In this document: one piece after another, positions 1 through 22,591 of the stretch
How the letters are laid out: each line of letters starts with the position of its first letter
How positions within the stretch are numbered: position 1 is the stretch's first letter
NCBI GenBank assembly: GCA_963693365.1
Contig: CAVNZM010000007.1
Span: 5,391,962-5,455,961, forward strand
Length of the DNA stretch: 64,000 bases
Direction: 5' to 3'
Source: Amoebidium appalachense
Taxonomy: Eukaryota; Protista; Ichthyosporea
The notes under the pieces: model-generated
Seen by the model: only the letters and a program-made list of their open reading frames with translations
What the model was told of the DNA's origin: nothing
Database searches by the model: none
Translations under genes and position numbers: made by a program

Positions 1-304
1 GTGGGCCCCACGTGTGTGGCTCGAACACCCAACAAATTATTCCCCTCCGTTCTGGAAAATCATCAAGCCGCTTCTCATTTATTCACAACATACAACGCGT
101 GATGATATTGTTAGCTCTGGCTCGAATCTGCCTTGGGAGAGTTTGCAATCCCCAGGCCTCCAGGCAATAAGAAATGAGGAGTACCCACCATGTGCGATCT
201 TGTATATCCAAAAACTTCCAACGCGTGATAATATACTGCTTTGGCTCATATATGCCCGGGGGAGGTCAGAAATCCCCCACCCCCAGAGCTCCAGCACTAA
301 CGTT

Positions 305-441
305 TTAACCTGGGGAGAAAATGAATACCTACTATCCAATTGCGGGGGCGATTATTTGTACAAGAACGGCAGCGTTCCTTTTAGAAAAGCACACACGCTC
401 ATGCTACATGCACACACAGACACCCACGCACGCACGCATGT

Positions 442-488
<47 letters not shown>

Positions 489-1570
489 AAGACTATGCCC
501 ATCCCCTCACTTGTACCTGCGTAATTCACAAACACTGTAACGAAGAATACACAAACACAACCCGCCCATCCACCCTCCCAAGGAGGCATGCAATTTGGAC
601 AAGCACATGCCTGTGCCCTTTCGTCACACCTTCCCACAGATGCACCTCACAAAACTGCGCGATCCACGAAATGACGATATTTTCAGTTCTCCGAGAAATC
701 TAAAAAAGAAAAGAAAAAAAAGAAGGAAAAGGAAAGGAAAGTCACCTGGAGGACTGGTTCCAGTGGCAGGCAAGCTCTGTGCGGAGGGCGTCTGAAAGTT
801 GGTCGGTTGCACCGATTTGTCATCTGAATAAAGATTCACGTCATGTTAGCACCAGGATTAAAACCAACACTCCTGTTCGACCGTAAAGCATCTTCAAGGT
901 CTTTCTCAAGACAGCAACACCGCCCAGGAGCAAGCAAAAACAACGAGCGAATAAACGGCATATATTTGAGATCAGATCTCTTAGTCAGCAACCCACCAAC
1001 CGCATCAACAAATGTAAACACCAAGTTTCTACCCTCAACCAAACACAGAACATTAGAACATCAAGCAACGTTTGCTAGGAAACACATACCTGGACCATCA
1101 AGAGAGGGCAAGGAGCTGATGACGTGCTGTCCCTGTTCAGTGAAGTAGTTGACAAATTCGGTGATGTTTCCAATGGCAAGGTCGTCCACAGCAGTGGTGC
1201 TGCAGCAAATGGGGTTAGAATGCGGAAGATAACTAAAAACAACCGAGGTTCCTTAACTCGTCAAGCTAACACAACGAGAAAGTAGGTTCTCCATAACACA
1301 ATCTTTAAAATCTAGATCAGGCGATGATTACGTGCACCAGGTGTGGTACATATCTATGCTGCTCGTGCGAAAAGAGGCAGTCGTCGTTTACAAAGACCCC
1401 AGCCCCTTGAAACCTTACCTGCCAAAAATAAGAGAGGATCTCTGTGTCTCCTTTGTGCCCTCCGGGCCGTTGTAGCTCTTCCATCTTCTAAGGTCCTTGC
1501 GATGGGGTGTCTTAGGAGGCACAAGCGAAGGGGCAGAAGGGGCGTTCTGATCCACGTCCATGGACGCCAT
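305..1570 (-). CDS. Small 4-exon hypothetical protein (~115 aa, MASMDVDQNAP...PATGTSPPG)
   Basis: Exons ~1570-1419, 1199-1090, 823-746 and 309-305 join in frame through GT-AG introns with matching phases (donors gtaagg, gtatgt, gtgact). No recognisable domain. Confidence 0.5.
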
Positions 1571-2259
1571 CCGCCCTCCAGCCACTTGGCTGAACCGTGC
1601 CAGAAACAGAATAAAGGGCCATAAAAGGTTTCAAAAACTCTGAAATAAGCGAATTCCTCTCCTTCTCTGAAGTATAATATTAAAAAAGGTTTCCTTTTCC
1701 GCCTGAGGAATTGAAAAATCGGTGGGTACCCCACAAATGATGGTATGCAGGGGGCTAAGAACAAAGACTATCCAACCGCCAGCTCCACACCCGAACATGC
1801 ACCAACCTGATGCTTATAAAAGAAATACGCTACAAACCTACACTTTCGAGCCCTTCTTTTGGCACTATTCTAGCACCACACGGCTTGTTTCTCAGTCCAA
1901 ACCGTGTGCACAAACGAGCATGGCCAAACGAAACCGCCCCCAAAGCGCACACAGCCTCAGTGCCTGTGGAGACAAGACGGTGACGCGCGCCCGCCTACAG
2001 GAATCCCTCTTGTGCCTATTGCTATCTATGACGTGCAACCAATTGCAGCCCATTTTTGCACCAGGTAGCATTTTGAAATGCTCAACAATCAAGGCTCTTT
2101 TGAGCTAAAGGTAATCACTTGCAGGTTATATTAGAGTCTTTTGAGGGTTTGCAAAATTATATGTTTTTACATGCGTAGCCCTTTTATACAAATAATATGC
2201 CTTTTTCGAGCACAAATGATAAAGTAATCACCAACTACCGTAACAGAGTGGGAAAATAA

Positions 2260-2480
2260 GTAGCCCAATCATAAATGCCTGTGGCTGGCAGGTAGCGGCA
2301 AGATGACTCCGCCAATCAACGAGATAGCTACCTTCGAAGCACCCATGTGCATGATTTAAAACCACTCATAAAATGCGTGCGCTCGAACGCATGATTGCGT
2401 AAATGCATTCATCCAATCACACAAATGTTATATTGAGCAGCACTGGACGGACCTAAAGTGACAGAAGAGCCAATCAGATG
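2260..2480. promoter_or_regulatory. CCAAT-box cluster in a divergent intergenic region
   Basis: Four CCAATC motifs (~2266, 2312, 2413, 2470) in microsatellite-free DNA between head-to-head genes. Confidence 0.4.
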
Positions 2481-3439
2481 CTGTGAACTTTATGGATGAG
2501 CCATTTGGTTGCCATGCAAGCTCCCGCCCGCACATACTACGGCGGCACACGTGTCACTTTGAGTTTGTAAAACTTTTTTGTGAGTATAAACCCGTAAACA
2601 ATGCTGCTTGTCGAGAAAAATCAATTGAATCAGTGTAAACAGATACAGCATGTATTTAAAAGTATATTCCGTTTTCATTTTTGATCGTTATAACGCGGCC
2701 CGGGGCCCGCCCCAGGACCGAGACGCGTCAACGCCGCGTACGTTCAAGTGTTCACCTTTGTATAAGTTACCCTGTATATCGTACCCAGGTATTTGACAAA
2801 TTCAGGGCCATGGTATGGTACGATACAGTACAGTACGTTCCGTACCGTGCACGAACACATTTCAGCCTTCTGTATGTACTATAGAATAATTTAGCTCATG
2901 TGTTTTCAAGGTTACGATGTGTTATATGGGCTTGAAAAATCTTCTTAGGGTCTCTATACGGTGCAAATGTTTAAAATGGCAGGAGGCCTTCAAAAAATTG
3001 GCAATTGCAATTGCCGGACAGTCACATGAACCAATATAAGTGCACGTCGTGACATGATATGTATAATCCACGTATGAGACTTATCTAGTGCGGGCCGATG
3101 CTCAGCGTGAGCACGGTATACATGTGGCTGTGTGGGGGGAATTTGACGTACATATATTCGTGCGTACATGTGCACCCTGACCGTTTTCAAAGGTCTGCGA
3201 ACGTGTTTATATGCATATCACGGTGTTTATTAATGTAATCGCAGTACTAAATTCTAAGGATAGGTTAAGCCTTTCTTATAGGTTTTGTAGACATCGTTTT
3301 TTTCTTTTACATTCTAGTTCGGCGAGGAGCACTGGAGCACCTTGCTTTTCAGCAAGATCCCTTGTTCTCGGTATGTGCTACCTGGCCTTTTCGGTCCTTG
3401 TGCCCTCCAGGTTGTCTTCGCCTTGTGTGTGTTCGCAAT

Positions 3440-4980
<1,541 letters not shown>

Positions 4981-5126
4981 GAACTTCTTGAGCTCAGCAG
5001 CAATCTGCGAACATCCTTCACCCCTCTCCCTATTTTCCTTACTTTCCTCTTTAGCTTTTACTCCGCCTTCTCTTCACCTTTTTAAGGTGCTGACAGTTTT
5101 CTAACCACAGATTCCTGTAGGTGAAA

Positions 5127-12917
<7,791 letters not shown>

Positions 12918-13997
12918 GTGGGAGTTTTCAACAGACGTTTTTTGTGGTTAAGGTTATAGGCAGGTGTTTTGTTTGATATGACGTTGGATGTGGTGTTTGA
13001 TTCAGTAACTGGCCTTGCCTATACTTGGGGAAGAGGGGGGGGGAGGGGAGGGGGGGGGGGGGGTGATTTCTGTTGGCTGAATATGGGCTAACCCGGCCCA
13101 AATTTGGGGTTGGTATTCATCAGCGACAGTGGTGGGGGGCAAGGGGGAGCTGGCAATGTACGTAAGGCTGAAATGGATACTAACTACATAAATTTCAGGA
13201 CAGGGGCAGGAGCATGTTTGTGTATAATAGTATGACGTGTGTGTGGGTGTGTGCATGTGACTGTGTGACTGTGACTGTAGTCAGGTTTTTTACGTCCATG
13301 CGTAGATACATTCATGTATATCCATGAACCAATAATGTACAGATTTGAGTTGTGTGAGATAGATTAGTACCATATTAGTATCGTTTCATGGTAGCCGGAG
13401 GAAAAATTTATTGCCAAGTCTTTATTTGTTTTCAAAAGCTTTACAAGTTGAAAACGATCTACAGGGGCGAACACAGGTGCGCACATGTAAACTTACGGGC
13501 ATTGCAACTCGGATTCGTGTACGTCACGTGCGGATTCGATATAATATAGTGAAGCTCAGGCGTAACTCCTAGCTAGTTCTGTATCCCTCACCGTGTATAT
13601 GCTCTCGTTAGTGTCATCTCACAGTAGAGCACACACCCCTTTTTTTCGATCGCTCTTCCTCTGGCCAACCTCACTTAGCTTAGCTGAACTCATAGACAGC
13701 ACCTTGACCAGGTACATACCGGTACGTATACCGGTGCTGCATGGTATGTAGACGGTAGTTTCCCTAGAGAACCTGCAAAGGCTCTTCGGGAACAAAACGT
13801 GATATAAAAAAATAAAAAAAATAAAAAAAATAAAAAAGGCCAACTTCACTGGAATCACCGATTCACCTATTGTAATTGAAGTTGGACCATTGCCGAGCGT
13901 TATGTGGAATGGCTGGCGACCCCACCGGAGGTACGGCTAGATCATAGTGTGAATATGAATAGTTTCAAGTCTATGGCTGATAGATATATTTTTACTT

Positions 13998-14620
13998 TAC
14001 GTGTTGAGTCCCTTAAGTCCGGTGTTAGGACCGCAAAAACACCAACTACTAGTAGCCTATATGGCGGATACAGTTAGAGAGTCTCGTTCATACATAGATT
14101 CGTTTATTCGTAATGTGGTGTGCTGTAAAAACGCAAAGATGATTATGGCTTGGCGGTGTAATCGGTTTCTGGTTTCTCCGGATCCTGCTCGTATGTGTAT
14201 TATGTGTGGGGGGCGGTTTACTCGCGGCTGCATGTCTATCAATAAGTGCAACCTGTTAGCTAACGTATTAGAACCGGAGGTTAATGGCGGTTTTATTCTC
14301 TTTTCTTCCTCTCTTCCTCAATATATCCGTTTTAAGATGACTATCCTAGATCACCTTACCTATTAATGCTGCACAGTATGATATTGTGATCCGGTGCCTT
14401 AACTTTCTTTCGGAGCTACCGATGCTAGCCTCTGCTTACCCATAACATGTAATAGGGGTGTCATATACTACGATGGCGCTCATTGTTGCCTAGCATGTCA
14501 TGTACATATGTCACCGGCTGCATTTGATTGGCTGCGCTGGAAAACGCAGTAGGCCGTCGAATGTGGCTGGGCCTCCGGCAGTGTCCACGCAATAAAAAGT
14601 GTGTAAACCCCCCCCCCCCC
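13998..14620 (+). mobile_element. 5'-truncated non-LTR retrotransposon 3' end (degenerate ORF2 C-terminus plus 3'UTR), copy 1
   Basis: Highly similar to the inverted copy at 25368-25954. Encodes AWRCNRF..CxxCGGRFTRGC...ILDHL, resembling the Cys-rich C-terminus of LINE RT proteins. Ends AATAAAAAGTGTGTAAA-C13. Confidence 0.65.
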
Positions 14621-14657
14621 ACCGTCCACGGGCTAATATCTTGGGTATAAGAGACAG

Positions 14658-14977
14658 TGTTCATTACATCCTGCCTTTATTCAGAGAGAAACAGAGGAAC
14701 AGAGAACTGAACGAATGTCCGAAAGCTTATAACTAAGAACAGTCCAGTGAACGATCTTGCGCGGCCCGAATCGCCCGATCGTTTATATACCCAAGAAGGA
14801 CTAATCTGATTGGGTAACACAACAACCAATCGGAATACCGAAGATTAACTATTGGCTAACTAGAAGTTTCCAATTCCATCTGAATCTGGATCTATTCGGG
14901 ATCTATTCGGGAAAGACCTAAGAATCTAAGATGCATTGTACGCACAAGTCACACAGAAGATATCTCATATCGTAACA
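14658..14977 (-). mobile_element. Probable solo LTR (~320 bp)
   Basis: The minus strand reads TGTTACG...CCAAT boxes...TATATAAA (14782-14789)...AATAAA (14676-14681)...GAACA, which is U3-R-U5 order with TGTT/AACA ends. No clean TSD. Confidence 0.45.
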
Positions 14978-15169
14978 AAATGATTATTGAGTTGCATGTG
15001 CGATTCTGCGCTATGATACATTATGGTCAGTGACCCTGCACCTGGTCCCTGCAAAAAAAAATGCAGCATCCCATTAAATATATTGATTACGAGTCGAAAG
15101 CAATGCCATGATGAGAGCCCCTGTCACCGTGCCCATTTGAAGATTGGTTACAAGAACAGCTCTATAAGA

Positions 15170-15312
<143 letters not shown>

Positions 15313-15897
15313 CGCGCGCGCGTGCATGTTTATGGTGCCCACCCAAATTTGTGACTGTCGATACATACTACGTGTGTAGGCCCTATGTGTGCGTGTGTGT
15401 GCGTGTGTGTATGACATTGTGTGTGTGCGCGCCCGTGAGCGCACGTACACGCGTGGGTGTACGTGTGCGTTTTAATGATGGCCACCCAATTTTGTGACTG
15501 AACGTTCGAAGTCAATATGTATGTGCGCTTTTTCCTGATTTCAAATCCACCAAGTGTGGGTATGTTGCATTGTAGGCCGTAGAAGGATCGCGACCGTCCC
15601 ATCAACAACTTCCGGGACGTGCACCCTCTAAAAAACGGTGTTTTGCCCGAGACGAAAAAACAAGATCCAAAAAAGAAAGAAAGGAAGGACTCCGATCATT
15701 ACGTGTAAAATGCAGCCCTAAGTAGATCGTAATCCGTTGCTTACTTGAGCCTGTTCCAAGTTTCCAAAAAAAAAAAAAAAACTTGAAAAAAAAAAAAAAA
15801 AACTTTGGCAGACTGCCAGGCTATTGCAGACTGTGACCCACCCACTAGATTCAGCACATACATCACATTGTTAGATACACGAGCCAGCTATTGATAT

Positions 15898-15963
<66 letters not shown>

Positions 15964-16434
15964 CCCCCCCCCCCCCCCCCCCTCTCTCTCTCCCCCCCCC
16001 CCCCCCCCCCCCCTCTCTCTCTCCCCCTCCCCCCCCACCTTCTCTCTCTCCCCCCCCCTCTCTCTCTGGCTCTCTCTCTCTTCCCCCCTCTCTCTAGATA
16101 TACAAGGTATACCTATATATGATTATGATATGTGATGTATGTAACATACATCATGATGATATGTATGTATTTGTATCATATGATATATCATAATTTGGCC
16201 AGTATACTTTCTCTCTATCTCTCACTCTCACACACACACACTGTCTTTCTGTTCCTCCCGAGGCTCTCTCGGTACCTCCCCCTCCTCTCCCTCCCCGCCC
16301 TCTCTCTCTTCCACCCCCCCCCCCCCGTCCCCTCCCCCCAACCCCACCCCCTCTCCCTCTCTCTTCCTCCCTCCCTTCCTTCCCGCTCTCTCTCCTCTTC
16401 GCTTCCCCCCTCCCCACCCCCCGTCTTCTCTTTC

Positions 16435-16473
<39 letters not shown>

Positions 16474-16679
16474 ACCACCACCACCGCCACCACCACCACC
16501 ACCCACCCACCCACCCACCCCCTCTCCCAGCTCCTCTTTCCTCCCTGTCTTCTCTCCGTCTCTCTCTCCGTCCCTCTCTCCGACACAAAGCCTACAGAAC
16601 GGTCCAGTTTTCTTTGTTTTTCTTTTTTTTTAAATTAAGTCGGAGTCGCATCATTGGCTCGCCCCTATAACGAACGAGG

Positions 16680-16729
<50 letters not shown>

Positions 16730-17379
16730 CCCCCCCCCAAAAAAAAAAAACCACCACCACCACCACCACCCCACCCCACCGAACCTCCTCAACCCCCCCC
16801 CCCCCCCCCCCGGCTTTCTCCTTCTCAACCCCCCTCCCCTCCCCTCCCCACCTATCTACTCCATTACGATTGTTCGTAAACGAGCTGTCTGTTCCACATC
16901 TGTTTCAGTGCTTTGCTTCCTGCACATGTATGGCACCCTACCATGATGATATGATACGGGTATAGGCACGAAGACACGCACGTACCGTGACAAACAAGAA
17001 TGCAAATCTGTCGGACACCCGCAGCGATGCATACAAGCACGCACAGTATGGCATACACCACATGCACACATCGGAGCTATATTAACGGTTTGCCCACACT
17101 TCTCCCGACTCGGAGGTTTCCACACAGAGGCAGGCAGGGAGGCAGGTCGACGAGCATGTGTACACAGAGATGCTTACAGTGGAACAAACAAATGTTGATC
17201 AAAAAGCTGGCCTGCTAAATTCATACTAGCATACGTTTATTTTCAACGAGTTCACAAACTGGCCTAAAAAGGAGTAAGAGCGGATAAAAGGGTGCAAATA
17301 ATATTAATTTAAAAGCCAAAGAAATCCTGACTGCTATGATCATATTTTCTGGGGAATATTAAGAGTTCTCACTCGGAAA

Positions 17380-17492
17380 CTCCCAGGAACATGGAGTGGC
17401 CGGTATGGGGGTAAGGTGTTAACGAAAAGCTTTGGGTGCAAAAAGTCAAACAAATCGGACCAACAAATGACCAAGACGTTAATAGAAAGCCG

Positions 17493-17557
<65 letters not shown>

Positions 17558-17679
17558 GTTTAACCTGCTTCACTAGCGTGCCGAGAGAGGTTCACACCCT
17601 TGTTGCCAAAGAAGATAAAGTGGCCCTGATAGGAGTAAGACTTTAAGACTTAAAGGGTTCATTAAAACGTGTAGAAAGC

Positions 17680-17726
<47 letters not shown>

Positions 17727-18110
17727 ACGGGCAGACGAGACAGCAAGACATTATAAAGGTGTACAAAAACCAAATAAATCCGAGTGGCAATATTTTGATT
17801 ATTGCCGGCGGGTAGCTGGGCCCGGGGAGGCTCATTCAACCCCTCGTTGCCTAAGAAGATAGAGTGGCAGGTGTACGTAATAGCAGTAGCACATGAGTTT
17901 CAAAAAAAAAAATACATAAAAAAAAAGGAGGCAAAGACAAAATAAATTCCACTTCGCCAAAGAACACAAGAGTGGCCGGTATAGGTGTAAAATATACCTT
18001 GACAAAAAAGAAAGAAACCTTTCAACCAAACATAAAAACCCCCTTTTGAGAATTGCCGGGAGGAAATGAGAGGTTAACCCCCTCCTCGTCAAAGAACATG
18101 GCATAGAAAG

Positions 18111-18149
<39 letters not shown>

Positions 18150-18152
18150 ACC

Positions 18153-18191
<39 letters not shown>

Positions 18192-18490
18192 GGGGCAGCC
18201 AAGAGTGCAAAACCAAAAACAAAAAAGCCAACTACTTCTGAGCACCACTTGTGGGTATTCAGAGGGTTACCCCCCTCCTCGCCAAAGAACACAAAGTGGC
18301 CAACATAAGATGTGAGCTTAAAAAAAAAGAAGGAAAAAAATACTTTGCCACAGATCATAGAGTGGCCGGTAAAATGTACATTTACAAAAGGTGTGCTGAA
18401 CCAAAAACAAATCAACTACTTTTGCTCATCCCCGGTAGGCGGGGAGATGTTAACCCCCTCCTCGCCAAAGAACATGGAGTGTCTGCCCCC
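17380..18490 (-). repeat. Degenerate tandem array (~8 copies) of the last-exon/stop region of PLEKHF2
   Basis: Recurring core ggccactctatgttctttggcgaggagggggttaac (minus strand) at ~18470, 18350, 18285, 18090, 17965, 17855, 17610 and 17390. Confidence 0.75.
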
Positions 18491-18659
18491 CCGTGTGTTC
18501 ATCTGCTGCATCAGCCGGTCGTCCGTCTCGTCCTGCTCCGTACTCTCGGATTGGCTGGTCCCCTTCCTGCCCGCGTTTTCGGTTTCCTGCATCGAGGGAA
18601 AAAAAAAAAAAAAAAAAAAAAAAAGGGAAAAACGAGATGGGGAAACAAAAAGAGAAAGA

Positions 18660-18699
<40 letters not shown>

Positions 18700-19929
18700 A
18701 ACAGGGCAAATGCTGGGGAGAGGGGGAAAAAAAGGGGGGGGGGGGGGGGGAGTTGTCGTGAGCAAGGCAAGCGGCATTCGAACAATTGAGCATAGTGTGG
18801 GTGAAATGTTTGTGTTGAAGTGTTTTCACAAGTGTAGGGCGAAACGGGCGAGGCGTGCCCACCCAAACTCGCAAAACCAAACCACAGAGGTACACACACA
18901 GACACAAACCCATCTATCCACCCACTCATCCACACCCACCCACCCACCCATCAAATCGTCTCCCATCCCCACATCCCCTGCACTCCCTCCCTTCCCATCT
19001 CCCCACACCCACCCACACCACCCACCCATCCAAACCCACCTTATCCCCCTCTCCCCTCTCCGCCCCCACACACCGTTTTTTCGAACCCACACCAGCACAG
19101 CTATACACTCACCCATCTCTCCAACCCTCTCCCCACCCCACACCCTTCACTCCCTCCCCTCCCCTCTCCCCACACCCAACCACACCCACCCATACCGACC
19201 CACCCCACATCCCCACTCCCCCCCTCCCCCGGCCCTCCCCTCCCCCCCCCCCCCCCGCCCCCATCACCACAGAGACCCTCAGCCCACACCCACATCCCCT
19301 CCCCCTTCCCCCCTCTCCCTATCACACCCACATCCACACACACCCCTCCCCCCTCCACACCCTTTCTCCCCCTAACCCCCACCCCACTCTCCTCCATCTT
19401 CTCCCCCCCCCCCACACACACACACACAGTTTTTCCAAACCCCCCCCCCCCCAACCCACAACCCTCCCCCCCCTCCCCCCACACCCATCCCCTCCCCTCC
19501 ACCCCCCACTCCCCCCCCCCCCCCCACACGCACACGTACACACACACCTCCTCATCATCACTCGACGCCTCCACCTCCAACACCTGCACCTGTTGCTGGT
19601 TTCCAAGGTCGATGGGCCCCGACGTCTTCTTCTTGAGTCCGAGCACACGGAAGCACGGGGAGCACACACGTACGGGCTTGTCGCTGATGTGGGGAAGAAC
19701 AAGGCGCGTTTTGCTGCATTCCTCGCATACCACCTTGCCACAGTGTCGGCAGTGGTGCTGCAGGGGGGGAAAGACAAAGGGGCGGGTGTGTGTGTGTGTG
19801 TGTGTGTGTGTGGTGGGTAGAGGGGGAGGGGGGGGGGGGGGGGTGCATGTAGGATTTGTGGAAGGGTATGAAAAGGCGGCAATGGGCGAGGGGGGGGTTG
19901 CAAATTTCACAGAGCACGAAAAAGGTAGT

Positions 19930-19965
<36 letters not shown>

Positions 19966-20567
19966 AAGGAGAGAGGGGACATCGGCCAACATGTGCACAT
20001 TTCAGTACACAGAACGGCATGCCCAACAGAAAAACACAAAGATTCGTTTTTTTTTTTTTCGTTTTTTTTGTTTTTTTTTTGGTGGTGGGTTGGGTTGGGT
20101 TGGGTTGGGGGGAGGAGGGATGTGTGTACAACTCCGCTTAGTGTGCAGGCTGTCTGTAACTGAAACACGTGATCTATCAGCTCTGCGACTTTTTTGCATG
20201 TTGGCTATCTATCTGTGTTAGATGTGTGCGGGGTGTAGGGTCCTATGCAGTCGTATGTTTACACTTATAAGGTAGAAATGTCACAGTAGGTAGCGCTCTG
20301 ATGTAGGTATAATGCATCCTGCCTGGGGGTACAGGAAGAGACAAGTGGAAAATGGTAGTCACGGTGAACAAATTAGGATGGTAAATATTCTAATAAAATA
20401 AAATTTAAAATAAAAAAGAAGTGTGTGCTGAACACACACATGCCTCGAGGAGGCAAAACAGGGCAGAGAGGGCAGGGTGGGAGGGGGGGAGGGAACAGTA
20501 AGAATTTATGCATGCACACGTGCACATACCTTATGCAAGCACACACACGTGCACGTAATCTATACAA

Positions 20568-20599
<32 letters not shown>

Positions 20600-20694
20600 G
20601 CTCATACCCTTTGCAGGCACACGCACATACACAAGCACATACCTTTTACAAGCACATGCGCTGCCACACACAAACGTGCACATACCCCATGCAA

Positions 20695-20759
<65 letters not shown>

Positions 20760-20763
20760 TGCA

Positions 20764-20800
<37 letters not shown>

Positions 20801-21578
20801 ACACACACACTTGCACATACCCTCCTGTTCAGGGCCGTGAACTTTGACTCCGAGCACACCATGCAGTGTGTTGTCTCCTTGTCAGGTACCCACACAGCTG
20901 CCTGCTCACCACAAACCTCGGGAATCCCTTTTGCTGTAAATAGATGCAAAAAAAAGCCAAAAAAAAAAAAAAAGAAAGAAAGAAAGAAAGAAAGAAAGAA
21001 AAAAAAGAAAGCAAGAAAGATAGAAAGAAAGAAAGAAAAAGAAAAAAGAAAGAAAAAAAGAAAAAAAGAAAGAGAAGTGAGTGTGATAGGCGTAGCAAAG
21101 ACGAAAAACACAAAGATTTATTTGTTTTTGGCCAATAAATAGTTGCAAAGGGTTCTCGGTACGCACCAGGTACAAATAGTGTAGCCGGAGCGTGGGTTGG
21201 CTTTCAATTTCCGGTCGAGTCAGATTTGGCCTCCCCATCCCCCTCCCCCCTGCCCACTCCTCCCCCCTCCTCCCCCCTGGCCCGCCAATTTTAATAAAAC
21301 CCCCCCTAAACGATTCTTTCCCTTCTCCCCCCCCCTCCCCCCACAAATCTTAATACCCCCCTCCCCCCCCCCCCCCCCCCCACCCCAAAAAAAAAAAAAA
21401 AAAAAAAAACGGTTCTTGCCCCCCTCCCCCCCTCCCCCCCTTCTCTCTCTCACCACTTCCCAAACGAAACTCTCCCCAGAAACCTACCCACCTGAAATAA
21501 GTAAATAAACAAATAAGTAAAAACCCAAAAGCCTAGAGACATTCGTGCCCTCCTCCCCCCCTCCCCTCCCCCCCCCCC

Positions 21579-21609
<31 letters not shown>

Positions 21610-21652
21610 CCACACACACAAAACCCTCCTCAGGACCCCCTCTGCCCCCTTC

Positions 21653-21721
<69 letters not shown>

Positions 21722-22381
21722 CCCACGGCGTGTTCCGGGGTGTACCCTCTGGCAGGATTATGATATCCCTTAATTACTGAAATCAAAGAAAGAGAGGTTT
21801 TTAAGGGCAGAACAATAAAAAGAGGAATGGAGGCCAAAAAAAAAAGGGAGAAAAAAAAAAAAAAAAATTACAAAAAGATAGGTAGAAAATTAAAAAAGGG
21901 GGGAGGGAAGCAAAGTCAAAAATGGTGGGAAGCAAAATCAAAAATAATGACAGAAGGAAAATTAACATCTTATTTTTTTTAAAAAAATATATATATATAT
22001 AAATTCGAGGGAGGTAAAACCACAAAAGGGGTTAAGCATACATCTGCGGACAGCCTGGGCAAAGTTAGTGATGTGGTTCATCCACTCCGTCTTCTCCTGT
22101 GACGTCATAGCATACACCGCAAACGACTTCTTGTTGCTGCGGATCTGCCACCCGTTCTTGGTGTCTATGGGGAGGGGGGAGGGGGGGTGTCTTTCTTTAA
22201 ATTCGAACTTTTAAAAATAGAAGAAATCGTTAAAGGTTAGGCGGTTTCATGTGGGGTTGCTTGTTATGTGTACACCTAGAATCAGCAAACCGTGACCGAT
22301 CCCCGTGGTTTCGTGAGTGTGTTCAATGTGTCTATGTATATGCGTGCGTGTTGGTACCCCGGGTGCGTGCATGTGTGGGCG

Positions 22382-22433
<52 letters not shown>

Positions 22434-22550
22434 GGGGCATATGTGTGCAAGAAGTACTCCAAAGGGAATGTCTTGATCAGGAACACATGCATGGCCACAC
22501 ACTTAAAACTACAACCGCTTCTATCTGAGCTAGGGCCTTGCCTGCCCCCC

Positions 22551-22591
<41 letters not shown>

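Noticed and set aside
17380-18490. Possible CRISPR-like repeat-spacer array
   Set aside because: Repeats are degenerate, irregularly spaced and derived from the host exon; the context is eukaryotic with no cas genes.
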